Assembly: GCF_009914755.1 (NCBI RefSeq)
Contig: NC_060942.1
Direction: 5' to 3' (one strand)
Length of the DNA stretch: 64,000 nucleotides
Source of the DNA: the human T2T-CHM13v2.0 reference genome, Homo sapiens
Part shown: positions 46,038 through 59,538 of the stretch, one piece after another
Position numbering within the stretch: position 1 is the first letter of the stretch
How the letters are laid out: each line of letters begins with the position of its first letter
Translations under genes and position numbers: made by a program
Notes under the pieces: generated by a model
Database searches by the model: none
The model's input: the letters and a program-made list of their open reading frames with translations, nothing else
Told to the model about the DNA's origin: nothing

Positions 46038-47375
46038 TTTTTTTTTTCCCAAGGCAGAAGAATTTTTCTTAGTACAGAACAAAATGAAAAGTCTCCCATG
46101 TCTACCTCTATCCACACAGACCCGGCAACCATTCGATTTCTCAATTTTTTCCCCACCCTTCCCGCCTTTCTATTCCACAAAACCGCCATTGTCATCATGG
46201 CCCATCCCCAATGAGCCGCTGGGCACACCTCCCAGACGGGGCCGTGGCCGGGCAGAGGGGCTCCTCACTTCCCAGTAGGGGCGGCCGGGCAGAGGCGCCC
46301 CTCACCTCCCGGACGGGGCGGCTGGCCGGGCGGAGACGCTCCTCACTTCCCAGACGGGGCGGTTGCCAGGCAGAGGGTTTCCTCACTTCTCAGACGGGTC
46401 GGCCGGGCAGAGGCGCTCCTCACTTCCCAGACGGGATGGCGGCGGGGAAGAGACGCTCCTCACTTTCCAGACTGGGCAGCCAGGCAGAGGGGCTCCTCAC
46501 ATCCCAGACGATGGGCGGCCAGGCAGAGACGCTCCTCACTTCCCAGACGGGGTGGCGGCCGGGCAGAGGCTGCAATCTCGGCACTTTGGGCGGCCAAGGC
46601 AGGCGGCTGGGAGATGGAGGTTGTAGCGAGCCGAGATCACGCCACTGCACTCCAGCCTGGGCACCATTGAGCACTGAGTGAACGCGACTCCGTCTGCAAT
46701 CCCGGCACCTCGGGAGGCCAAGGCTGGCGGATCACTCGCGGTTAGGAGCTGGAGACCAGCCCGGCCAACACAGCGAAACCCCGTCTCCACCAAAAAAATA
46801 CGAAAACCAGTCAGGCGTGGTGGCGCGCGCCTGCAATCGCAGGCACTCGGCAGGCTGAGGCAGGAGAATCAGGCAGGGAGGTTGCAGTGAGCAGAGATGG
46901 CAGCAGCACAGTCCAGCTTCCGCTCGGCTTGAGAGGGAGACCGTGGAAGGAGACCGTGGGGAGAGGGAGAGGGAGAGGGAGAGGGAGAGGGAGAGGGAGA
47001 GGGAGAGGGAGAGGGAGAGGGAGAGGGAGAGGGAGAGGGAGAGGGAGAGGGAGAGGGAGAGGGAGAGGGAGAGGGAGAGGGAGAGGGAGAGGGAGAGGGA
47101 GAGGGAGAGGGAGAGGGAGAGGGAGAGGGAGAGGGAGAGGGAGAGGGAGAGGGAGAGGGAGAGGGAGAGGGAGAGGGAGAGGGAGAGGGAGAGGGAGAGG
47201 GAGAGGGAGAGGGAGAGGGAGAGGGAGAGGGAGAGGGAGAGGGAGAGGGAGAGGGAGAGGGAGAGGGAGAGGGAGAGGGAGAGGGAGAGGGAGAGGGAGA
47301 GGGAGAGGGAGAGGGAGAGGGAGAGGGAGAGGGAGAGGGAGAGGGAGAGGGAGAGGGAGAGGGAGAGGGAGAGGG
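46038..47375 (-). mobile_element. SVA retrotransposon (probably SVA_E-like), complete 5' end, short VNTR, 3'-truncated SINE-R
   Basis: Order on the minus strand: (CCCTCT)n 47375-46959, Alu-like ~46958-46571, VNTR ~46570-46226, SINE-R ending at ...TTCTGCCTTGGG (46048), then poly(A). The 15-bp TSD AACAATTGCATTTTT is at 46023-46037 and 47376-47390. Confidence 0.96.
46959..47375. repeat. (GGGAGA)69 perfect hexamer array (SVA CCCTCT head)
   Basis: 417 bp of uninterrupted GGGAGA on the + strand: 69 full units plus GGG. Confidence 0.97.
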
Positions 47376-47496
47376 AACAATTGCATTTTTATACACTATT
47401 CAGCAGAATGAAAATCTTGAGACTGAAAAGAAGGAATGTAAATTTTATAATTAAACTTACGATTTATAAATTGCAGGAATAGAAAAATACGGATAG

Positions 47497-47886
<390 letters not shown>

Positions 47887-48176
47887 TAATGCAATCTTTA
47901 TAAAACTTTAGATTCCTAGATTTTAAGGAGCTGTAAGGAACGTACCCAGAAGTCAGAACCCAGGTTTTAGTCCCAGCACAGATCATAGCTAGCTCTGCAG
48001 CCTCCAGAGTCAGCTGGCGTCTAACAGTCCTTCAATAATCCTGGTCTAGGAGTGGTTGCTGGGGAAATGGTCAGCCCAGACTGTGTTCCAGAATTATGGA
48101 GGGCCCTGCTCGACCCCCACCCTCATACTCTCCGCAAATGATCTCACTTCTTCCTCTGCGAAAGCACAAGTTATCT

Positions 48177-48480
48177 GCCGGGCGCGGTGGCTCACGCCTG
48201 TAACCACAGCACTTTGGGAGGCCGAGGTGGGCGGATCACCCGAGGTCAGGAGTTTGAGACCAGCCCGGCCAACATGGCGAAACCCCGTCTCTACTAAAAA
48301 TACAAAAATCAGCCGGGCGTGGTGACGCGCGCCTGTAACCCCAGCTACTCGGGAGGCTGAGGCGGGAGAATCGCTTGAACTCAGGAGGCGGCGGTTGCAG
48401 TGAGTCGAGATCGCGCCACTGCACACTCCAGCCTGGGGGACAGCGAGACTTCGTCTCACAAAAAAAAAAAAAAAAAGGAA
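48177..48480 (+). mobile_element. AluS, CpG-rich
   Basis: Full dimer with ~25 CpGs. Confidence 0.92.
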
Positions 48481-48781
48481 GAAGAAGAAAACAGAAGCTG
48501 TCTAGCAGGAATCCCTGCAAGTTCCTGTGCTCTGCCTCTACTCCACCCTCTCTGCAAAGATCTCTCTCAGCTCCTGGCCTCACCGGTTCCCCTTATTTTC
48601 ATAGGAAGAGGCATTTGTCTGCCATTCCGGGCTCCCCGCCAGCTCTCTCCCTGCTCACACGCCATCCCCATCTATCAGTGTCCCCCTCTCTCTCCCTGGA
48701 GGTTCTTCTCTTACTTCCCACCCTCTTTCCTGTTCGTCAGCGCCTAGATCCTGCAGTAGTCTGCCCTGCAGTCTGCGCTTT

Positions 48782-49678
48782 CAGACCTCCGGACCCTCCT
48801 CGGACCTCGGCCAGACCTCCAGACCCCTCCTCGGACCTCGGCCAGACCTCCGGACCCCTCCTCGGACCTCGGCCAGACCTCCGGACCCCTCCTCGGACCT
48901 CGGCCAGACCTCCGGGCCCCTCCTCGGACCTCGGCCAGACCTCCGGGCCCCTCCTCGGACCTCGGCCAGACCTCCGGGCCCCTCCTCGGACCTCGGCCAG
49001 ACCTCCGGGCCCCTCCTCGGACCTCGGCCAGACCTCCGGGCCCCTCCTCGGACCTCGGCCAGACCTCCGGGCCCCTCCTCGGACCTCGGCCAGACCTCCG
49101 GGCCCCTCCTCGGACCTCGGCCAGACCTCCGGGCCCCTCCTCGGACCTCGGCCAGACCTCCGGGCCCCTCCTCGGACCTCGGCCAGACCTCCGGGCCCCT
49201 CCTCGGACCTCGGCCAGACCTCCGGGCCCCTCCTCGGACCTCGGCCAGACCTCCGGGCCCCTCCTCGGACCTCGGCCAGACCTCCGGGCCCCTCCTCGGA
49301 CCTCGGCCAGACCTCCGGGCCCCTCCTCGGACCTCGGCCAGACCTCCGGGCCCCTCCTCGGACCTCGGCCAGACCTCCGGGCCCCTCCTCGGACCTCGGC
49401 CAGACCTCCGGGCCCCTCCTCGGACCTCGGCCAGACCTCCGGGCCCCTCCTCGGACCTCGGCCAGACCTCCGGACCCCTCCTCGGACCTCGGCCAGACCT
49501 CCGGGCCCCTCCTCGGACCTCGGCCAGACCTCCGGACCCCTCCTCGGACCTCGGCCAGACCTCCGGGCCCCTCCTCGGACCTCGGCCAGACCTCCGGACC
49601 CCTCCTCGGACCTCGGCCAGACCTCCGGGCCCCTCCTCGGACCTCGGCCAGACCTCCGGGCCCTCCTCGGACCTCGGC
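48782..49678. repeat. 31-bp GC-rich VNTR/minisatellite, 29 units (CAGACCTCCGG[G/A]CCCCTCCTCGGACCTCGGC)
   Basis: 27 units of 31 bp (48812-49648) flanked by one 30-bp unit at each end. Most units carry 3 CpGs. The 31-aa periodicity of the overlapping ORFs equals 3 units. Confidence 0.97.
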
Positions 49679-49689
49679 CACGCGCCCGC

Positions 49690-49707
49690 TGCCACACGGG
49701 GGCGCTG
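49690..49707 (+). promoter_or_regulatory. CTCF-like motif next to the VNTR
   Basis: TGCCACACGGGGGCGCTG matches the CCACCAGGGGGCGC core at 12/14 positions. Confidence 0.4.
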
Positions 49708-50462
49708 ACCCTGCTCCGCCGAAGGTCATTCGCGGCCGCCGAGCCGCCCGGCCCCGCAGGCACGTTGCGCTCTCCTCCCTTGCCGCGTTTAATGTCTCCC
49801 AGTTGACCACTCCGCTTCTGCTCTCCCCTCCCTCTGTTAGGGGTCGTCGCGCTTCTCCGATTTCTCCACGAACTCTGTGATTATTCATTTTGGGTTTTCA
49901 TTCCTGGCTTTTCTTTATCTGCCTCGCTTCAAAATCATGACACTCCTACGTACCCTGCCATCACTTCTGCCTCCCAGACCTGAATGAATAACTGCCCGTT
50001 TCCGGTCAACTTTGTTTCCTGTCTGGGCTTTTCCGAGCTCCAGACACAAATATCCAGTTGCTAACTAGATATTTCAAAACCATGCCCCTTCATCCAGTTC
50101 TTCAAATTTACTGGCATGAAGTTCACAGTACCCACTTACGATTTTTTTTAAAACCTCATCTGTGTATTTATATTTCTTATTTCTGATATTATTTGACTTC
50201 GTCTGCTAGAGGTTTGCCATTTCAAAGACACACCTTCAGCCCTGCTCATCTCTATAGTATTTTTATTTGGTTTTGTTTTTCTATTTTATTTCTGCTCTTA
50301 TCTTTATTATTTTCTTCCTTATTTATTTGGTTTTACTGTGTTGCTCTAGGGTTTTGCTTTGTTTTAGATGAATGCTGACTCATACGGATGAGTAAATTTG
50401 CTTACTTTTTTGTTGATGGAGCAAAGGATTGTGGTAGATATTTGTTTTTGTTCTGGAGTATA

Positions 50463-51211
50463 TGAGATGGAGCAGGAATCCCGTTTTTAGGGGATTGCGG
50501 ACCTCCAAGCCTGGAAATAAAGGAAAATCTTGAGTTCCTTGAAGGGAAATTCCAGGCACCCAACTAGCCTTGAGAAGTAAACAACTTGATAAGCAAGAAG
50601 AATAGTAGCCTGAAACAATAGCCAAGGAAGTTAGAGTCAGGATATGGTTGGTTCCCCTATAGAAACTAAAGATAACATTTTATCTTAACATATGTCCCTG
50701 AGCTGTTTACAGAAACCCAGACCCCCACCAAATGGATCTGCTTGCACAGAGACCTCAGATAAGGGGAAACTGAGGACTGAACTCCAATCACCATTCTTTG
50801 TTCTAAATTTTTCCTGAGAGGCTTAGAGGGAGTCACACCCATTAGCCAGAGCTAACATTCTTTTCCGCCAACCCTAAATTTTTGCATAAAACGTCTCCTC
50901 TCTTTGCATCTATGACCTGTAAGTCCCTACTTCAAGATATCCTGCCCTTTCAAGCCAAAACCAAAGTGTAGCCTCCATGTACTGATGTACGATTTTGTCT
51001 GTAACTGCTGTTTTCCTGAAATTTACCCCTGCCTTTAAAAACCCTGACCTCCAAGCCATCAGGAATGTCAGGATTTGAGGATTAGCTGTTTGGTCCTCCT
51101 TGCTTAGAGCCCCTGCAAATAAATGCCTTTCCTTCTACCGCTGCACAGCCTCAGTGTGAATATCTGGTTTTACTGCGCCAGGCAAGCAGACCCCTGTTCG
51201 CTTCTATTACA
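50463..51211 (+). mobile_element. ERV1 (MER4-group-like) solo LTR
   Basis: TGAGATGGAGCAGG...CA ends, a TATA-like tttaaaa at ~51034 and AATAAA at ~51118. Confidence 0.75.
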
Positions 51212-51479
51212 TGTCCACCATCTGAATCCCCCTACTATGTTTTGGTAATTTCCCATCACAGGAGTATTGATGAGAGGCAGATGTATCCTCCCACTAGAGA
51301 AGCAAAACAGCTAGATATTTGCTGTCTCCACTTATCAAAGTATAGAATTTTAAGTTGCCAGTTATTACCTCGCAACACATTTAGCTTCTGACATGTATTG
51401 TTGCTGAAGAAAAGTCCGATAGGAATCAGACCTTCCAGTGGGACAAGATGTGGAGATGGAAGACAATATTGATGATCCT

Positions 51480-52570
<1,091 letters not shown>

Positions 52571-52663
52571 TATATTTTCACACCTTTATTTTGGCCTCAT
52601 GCTGGGTGGAGTCATTTCCTGCTTCTCGGCTTTGGGCTTGTCCATATTACTTGCTTTGACCAT

Positions 52664-53543
52664 CATGATATTGTGAAATACACATTTGGTCTTCATCCTG
52701 TTTCCTAGCATACAGCTGCTAAAATCCCTGGAATCTCTGGAGTGATAAGAGTATCTTTTGTATGCAAATGAGATGACTGGTGGCTGGGGGCCCCTGGGTA
52801 GCTTCAGGATAGGGGCTGGTCACCAGAAAGACCAAGACAGGATTACAGGGTTGGGACATTGAGCCCTACTTCCAATCTCTGGGCAGGCGAGAGGGGCTGA
52901 AGGTTAAGTTGATCACCAGTGGCCAATGATTTAAGCAATTGTGCCTAGGTGATGACGCCTCCATAAAAACCCAAAAAGCGGGTGGGTTGGGGATGCGTGA
53001 TGGGGGAGGTTCCAGATAGCTGAACATTTGGAGGTTCCTGCAGGGCAGTGCCCTGGAGAGGGCATGGAAGCTCCGGGCTCCTACTCACGTGCCTTGCCCT
53101 GTGAATCTCTTGCATCTGGTTGTTCATCTGTAGCCTTGTCCTATTCTTTACAATAAACTGGTAAGTGTGAGTAAAGTGTTTCCCCGAGTTCTGTAAGCAG
53201 CTCTAGCAAATTAATAAAACCTGAGGAAGAGGGCACGGGAACCCTGATTTATAGCTGATAGGTCAGAAGCACTGGCTACGTCTGGGGCTTGCGATTGGCT
53301 TCTGAAGTTGGGGGCAGTCCTGCGGGACTGAGTCCCCAACCCGTGGGATCTATTGCTATCTTGGTAGAAAATGTCAGAATTGAATTAAATTAGAGGAAAC
53401 CTAGCTAGTGTCCGCTGGAGAATCTGCTGAAGAATTGGTTGCTTGGTGTGTGAGGAAAATCCCCCACATATCTGGTGTCAAAAGTGTTGAGTCACTGTGT
53501 GAGAGTAGAGAGGAGGAAACAGCTTGGTTTTCTTCTGTCTCAC
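52664..53543 (+). mobile_element. MER21-type (ERVL) solo LTR
   Basis: Starts tgatattgtgaaata..atttggtct..ctggaatctctggagtgataaga, with caataaactggtaag as the poly(A) signal. Confidence 0.78.
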
Positions 53544-53544
53544 A

Positions 53545-53900
53545 GGCCTATTTGGAGCGACGTGAAATATGCCTTGCTGTTGGGCTCTCCCTCCTGTTCT
53601 CTGATGATCTGTCATGAGGGGGATATGAACAACTGCTGTCCCCAGAGCCTGGGCCCCCGAATGAGAAATGTGAAGCAGACCACGTGGCCTGGTAGCATTT
53701 GGTCCCAGAGGGATGAGACAGACACCCATGGGCCAGAATTGAAGCCAACCTGGGGCCTAGGGCCTACAGCCCAGAGGCTGTGCTAAAGCCTGGAGTCCAG
53801 CCAAACCCAGCGAAGTGACAGCCTGCCAGCAGCCCCATGTTCCTGAGAGTAAACAGTTATAACAGTTGAAGCTTCTGAATTTTGTTACACAGCGTTGTTG
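53545..53900 (+). mobile_element. Old MLT1 (MaLR) LTR fragment
   Basis: ...gcctgggcccccgaatgag...tgttacacagcgttgttgtggccatagccaactaat 3' end. Confidence 0.6.
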
Positions 53901-54336
53901 TGGCCATAGCCAACTAATGCCTTATACTTTATTTAGTTTTCTTCATGTTTGGAGATATTTGGTTTGCAGGTTTATTTTGAATGTGAGAGTTTTTGTTTGT
54001 TTCCTCTTCTCTGTGCTTATCACTGCCTGTTAGTACATTTCAGAAACCTTCCTGCAGGCCTCCTGGGCCTTGTGTCCAGAGCTAAGTCTTACGTGGATTC
54101 TTCATGTCCTATCGCCGGTTATAGAGGGAATAGTCCTCCAGCCAGAGTGTGTGTTGGCCCAAGTACTGGGTGTGAGCTGTGTTTGCATCTTTCTCTCTCT
54201 CTAGGTATGAAGCTCACATAGGTGGAGGCCCAGGTGGCAGGTGGTTGAAGCTTGAAGCTTTTCTCAGTTTCCATTGATGCAGGAGTAAGGGTCAGCTTGG
54301 CTCGCTTAGTTTCTGCCTTGCCTAGGGTTCTTTTAG

Positions 54337-54745
<409 letters not shown>

Positions 54746-54874
54746 TTCCTTCTGAGATGTAAATGTCTTTTCAGTTTTTCTGAGTATATTTTCGCCGTCA
54801 GGTTGTGTGTTTCAGGTGGAAAGGGGGAGTGTATTGCATGAACTCATGAACTCACAATGCTATTCCAACCAGAA

Positions 54875-55900
54875 TTCCCCTGGAATTTCTACTTGCAGGT
54901 TCACCAAACACTTGAATTTCATATACTCAAAACAAAACTGAAATTCTAATCATGTCTTTCCATAAAACCACTACTTTCTGGATTCTGTATTCTGGTTAAT
55001 ATTCCCATCCTCTTTTCATTTGCTGAAGTCAGAATCCTCATTTATTCTTTTCTCTCACCTTCCATATGTATCTGCATCCCATTTGACCACCAACTCCCCT
55101 CCACGCACGTGTTCATCCCATCTGTGAAGTAAGTTCATGCACATCTTATTCTATGAGTCCACAGCCTGAAAGTTCTCAGCTACAGAAAAAGTCCAAAGCC
55201 CTTTGTGTGGCATAGAGGGAAGGACAGGCACGGTTGTGGCCTGATTCTCTCTCAGCCTCAACTCTGGCTATCTTGCCCTTGGCTTTAACAAAACAAATCT
55301 ATTGACAATTTCCGAGCTCTATCAGCCTGTTTCTGGCTCTAGTCCCCATTCCTCCCCTGCCCATGGCTCATCTGGCAAATGTTCAAGACTCAGAAACCAC
55401 CTATTCAGAAAATAATTTCCATGAACTGCCTCCAATTGACTGATCCCTCATCCTTCATTTGCTTTTTTGTTTTATTTACTTATTATTTATTTATTTTTTG
55501 AGACAGGGTCTTGCTCTGTTGCCCAGGCTGGAGTGCAGTTGTGCCATCACAGATCACTGCAGCCTCAACCTCCCAGGCTCAGGTAATCCTCGTACCTGAG
55601 GCTCCCTGGCAGCTTGGACTACAGGCGCTCACCACCATGCCTGGCTTTTTTTTTTTTTTTTTTTTTTGCATTTTTTGTAGAGACAGGGTTTCACCATGCT
55701 GCCTAGGCTGGTCTTGAATTCCTGGGCTCAAGCTATCTGCCCGCTTCAGCCTCCCAAAGTGGTGGGATTACAGGAATGAGCCACTGTGCCTGGCCCGAAG
55801 AATCTGATTTTACACCTCGATGATAGAATATATCACACTACACGGCATGTGTCTGCATACCTTTCTTTTCCCAACTAGGTTGTAACCTATCTTTTTATAT
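54875..55900 (+). mobile_element. L2 continuation, interrupted by an AluJ
   Basis: atttctacttgcaggttcaccaaacacttgaatttca...aaagtccaaagccc...ctctctcagcctca. Confidence 0.55.
55463..55795 (-). mobile_element. AluJ
   Basis: Antisense dimer with an expanded middle T run. Confidence 0.88.
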
Positions 55901-55904
55901 CCTT

Positions 55905-56234
55905 TTCTTTTTCTTTTTGTTTGTTTGTTTGTTTATTTTTTTTTTTTTTTTGAGACAGAGTCTCACTTTGTCGCCCTGGCTGGAGAGCAGTGGCGCAATC
56001 TCAGCTCACTGCAAGGCTCTGCCTCCCGGGTTCAAGCGATTCTCCTGCCTCAGCCTCCCGAGTAGCTGGGACTACAGGCGCCCACCACCACACCCAGCTA
56101 ATTGTTTGTATTCTTAGTGGAGATGGGGTTTCACTGTGTTAGCCAGGATGGTCTCAATCTCCTGACCTCGTGATCCACCCGCCTCGGCCTCTCAAAGTGC
56201 TGGGATTACAGGCGTGAGCCACCATGCCCGGCCT
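55905..56234 (-). mobile_element. AluS/Y
   Basis: Antisense dimer. Confidence 0.9.
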
Positions 56235-56311
56235 TATTTTTCAATATCTAACACCAAATCTCACATACAGCATGACCCAGTGAACGCTTGTTGTATTGTT
56301 AGGTTGAATGA

Positions 56312-56707
<396 letters not shown>

Positions 56708-57508
56708 TAAATTAAGGAGTTAGACTGGATGACCTGTAAGAGTTCTTCCAGGCTCCTCCTGCCATTGTTATGCTTTGAATGTATAGTTTAACTGTAACTC
56801 ATGTAAAAATTATTATTTATAGATAACATCAGTAAATCTTTGATGTTTCAGGCCTCAAAATATGATGGCAGTAAAATTGATGGTTGCTTTAATAAATGTT
56901 TCCAGTTTATCCTGGTTTGGGGGCTTTTTCTTTGTTGTTGTTGTTGTTTTTTTCGGCTAAAGATAAAACACAGATGAAGACCATCAGGTAAAAGGTATGT
57001 TACTGCAAGTTTATATTGTACGTAATTACTTTAGACATTTTAATGTAGTATTTATATTTTTGTTTAAAGTACTTGATTATGGTTTTATTCCAATGGGAGT
57101 CTTTCATTTGCAGTTGTTTGGACTTTGTGGTATTCTTGTTTTAAGGATTTAAAAATCCATTCAATGGAGATCTTAGCTAATGTAGTACAACTGAAATAGT
57201 TTGGAAATCGGAAAATTCCTTTCAATCTCTTTGCCTGGTTTGGCTACCCCACAGTTTTCAGGTTCCAGTTGGAGATTTCAAGCACCTGTAAATGACATGA
57301 AATCTAAGCAAACTGAAAGTGTGGTTCAGGTCACTCACCGCCCAAGAAAATCTGCCGTTCATTCATTTCACTCATTTGACATATATTCATGCAACCCCTA
57401 CCAGGTACCAAGCACTGGGAACACAATTGTGACAAGACAGTGGTGGTTCCCACCCTCAAGGATCTTAGTGTTTACCGGGGAGAAAAAACAATTAAACAAT
57501 CAAGAAAA

Positions 57509-57801
57509 GGCCGGGGGCAGTGACTCACGCCTGTAATCCTAGCACTTTGGGAGGCCGAGGCGGGAGGATCACTTGAGGTCAGGAGTTCGAGACTAGCCTG
57601 GGCAACATGGTGAAACCCCGTCTCTACTAAAATACAAAAAATTAGCCAGGCATGGTGGTGGGCACCTGTAATCCCAGCTATTCCGGAGGCTGGGGCAGAA
57701 GAATGGCTTGAACCCCGGAGGTGGACGTTGCAGTGGGATGAGATTGTGCCACTGTAACCCAGCCTGGGCCACAGAGTGAGACTCTGTCTGGAAAAAAAAA
57801 A
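57509..57801 (+). mobile_element. AluS
   Basis: Full dimer. Confidence 0.9.
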
Positions 57802-57825
57802 TCCAGAAAAATACCATGTGTAAAT

Positions 57826-58330
57826 GCTAGTAAGTTAAGAAGCTTCTGAGTGCAAGAAACAGAACACCCAATTCCAACTGGGTTAACAACAAAGGAAATT
57901 TACATATACCTGTGAAGTTCACACGTAGGATGGCTTCAGGAAGATTTGTTCCAGGCAGCTCAAAGCATGTGACAAGATCAAGCACTTTTTTCTCTTTATT
58001 TCTCAGCTCTGGTTCCATGACAAGCTCTTTTGTCATCACATTTGTCTATAATCCCAAGATGGCTGCAGCAACTCCTAAAGCTATGTGATTCACATATAGC
58101 AAGGAATAAGGAATCTGCCTCCCATTCCCGGCATCCTGACTAAAGTCTCAAGATGAATTCTGATTGGGTCAGCCTAGGGCATATCCCTACCCCAACCAAT
58201 CACTGTGCACAATGGGAGGAAATATGTTGATGGGCTTAGCCTATATCATGTGTTTCACCCTTAGGGCCAGGGGTGGAGATTGTGTAACCAGATTGAAATA
58301 GAAAGGTGTTAGGAAAGGGGCGGGAGATGG
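57826..58330 (-). mobile_element. Old MLT1-like LTR
   Basis: tgcaagaaacagaa..aactgggttaacaacaaaggaaattta...caagatggctgcagca...tctgattgg..agcctaggg..caccc. Confidence 0.55.
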
Positions 58331-58429
58331 GGGATGGGCTAGAACCCCACTAACGTTTACTACAAGTGCTGTGATAGAAGAAAAAGAAAAAGAAAGAAGA
58401 AAAAGAGTGCTTTGAGAGCAAGTAGTACT

Positions 58430-58660
58430 TTGGAAAATAGGATAGTGTAGCACTTAGGAGTAAGAGCTCTGAAGTCATACCACCTGTGTGTGAATGCCAG
58501 TTCTGCCAACTTACCTTCTGGCCCTGTACTCTGCCTCTTCAACTATGAAATAGAGATAATGATAGCAACTTACTCCTCATGTTAGTTTCAGGATTAAATG
58601 AGATAATGCATGTAAAGAGACTAAGACAATGCATAGGACTCTTAGCAGTTTTTATGTATT
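58430..58660 (+). mobile_element. MIR
   Basis: gagctctgaagtcataccacctg...aggattaaatgagataatgcatgtaaag. Confidence 0.65.
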
Positions 58661-59179
58661 AGAAAAGGCTTCCAGGAGGAAGTGGCATTGACATGAAATC
58701 CCGAAGAATGAGGAAAAGTCATCTAAGGAAAAAAGAGGATTGGATTTTATGAGAAGCGAGGCTGGCCTCTCAATGTTTGGCCGTAAATGGAACTTGTACC
58801 ACCTCAGAAGGAAGTATTTTTCGTCTCACTTTCTAAATGAAATGTGTAATGATTTTACCAGACATATAATTTCTATAATGACCAGTGAGAACTAGCTTCT
58901 AAGAAGGGCAGCAATGTGAAACTGGAGCTCAAGGAAAGAAAAAGTGGAAATAAAAATCAGTTTGTGCAGATTATTTTTGGAATTTGGCTTTCTTTTTTAC
59001 AGGTCTGTGTATGTGAGCAAGCTCTTTGGATTTTGAGGGCATCTATCCAGCTATGTTTGGTAGATTTATAGCAAGAGACTTTTTTTTTTTAAAGGGGAAG
59101 AGGGAGCTTCCCAGTTAATTATTCATAGGTCATTGAAGCTAGTGAGAGGTTGGCCCCAAAGACACATAAGACCCAGTGA

Positions 59180-59538
59180 GGGCTGGGTGCAGTGGCTCAC
59201 ATATGTAATCACAGCACTTTGGAAGGCTGAGGCAGGAGAATTGCTTGAGCCCAAGAGTTTGAGACCACCCTGGGCAACATAGCAAGCCCTTATCTCTACA
59301 AAAAACAAGCAAACAAACAAACAAAAAACTAGTCAGGTATGGTGGCATATGCCTGTAATCCCAGCTCCTTGGGAGGCTGAGGTGGGAGGATCACTTGAGC
59401 CCAGGAGTTCAAGGCTGCAGTGAGCTGTGATCACACTACTGCACTCAGCTGTGATTGCACCACTGCACTCCTGCCTGGGTGACAGAGCAAGACCCTGTTT
59501 CTTAAAACAAAACAAAACGAACAAAACAAAACAAAAAA
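59180..59538 (+). mobile_element. AluJ with an internal 24-bp tandem duplication
   Basis: Full dimer; duplicated segment at 59423-59446 and 59447-59470. Confidence 0.88.

Larger units (their letters stand above)
48110..50076 (+). mobile_element. Degenerate L2 LINE (RT region), interrupted by an Alu and the VNTR
   Basis: Remnants resembling L2 motifs: LQS-FRP (CTGCAGTCTGCGCTTTCAGACCT ~48766-48788), TETAL-KV (~49704-49730), LAAF..VDHS (~49779-49813), and gagctccagacacaaatatccagttgct (~50036-50063). Confidence 0.65.

Noticed and set aside
46811-47482. Poly-(PL), (SP), (GR) and (ER) dipeptide ORFs
   Set aside because: These are direct translations of the SVA hexamer. RAN-type translation cannot be supported from sequence alone.
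48782-49678. CRISPR-like array of ~30-bp repeats
   Set aside because: The repeats are head-to-tail with no unique spacers, there are no cas genes, and the context is primate. It is a minisatellite.
48375-49888. Long ORFs of 304-501 aa on both strands
   Set aside because: They arise because the 31-bp VNTR unit has no stop codon in any frame. The 501-aa ORF starts inside an Alu at a non-ATG codon, and no protein homology is evident.
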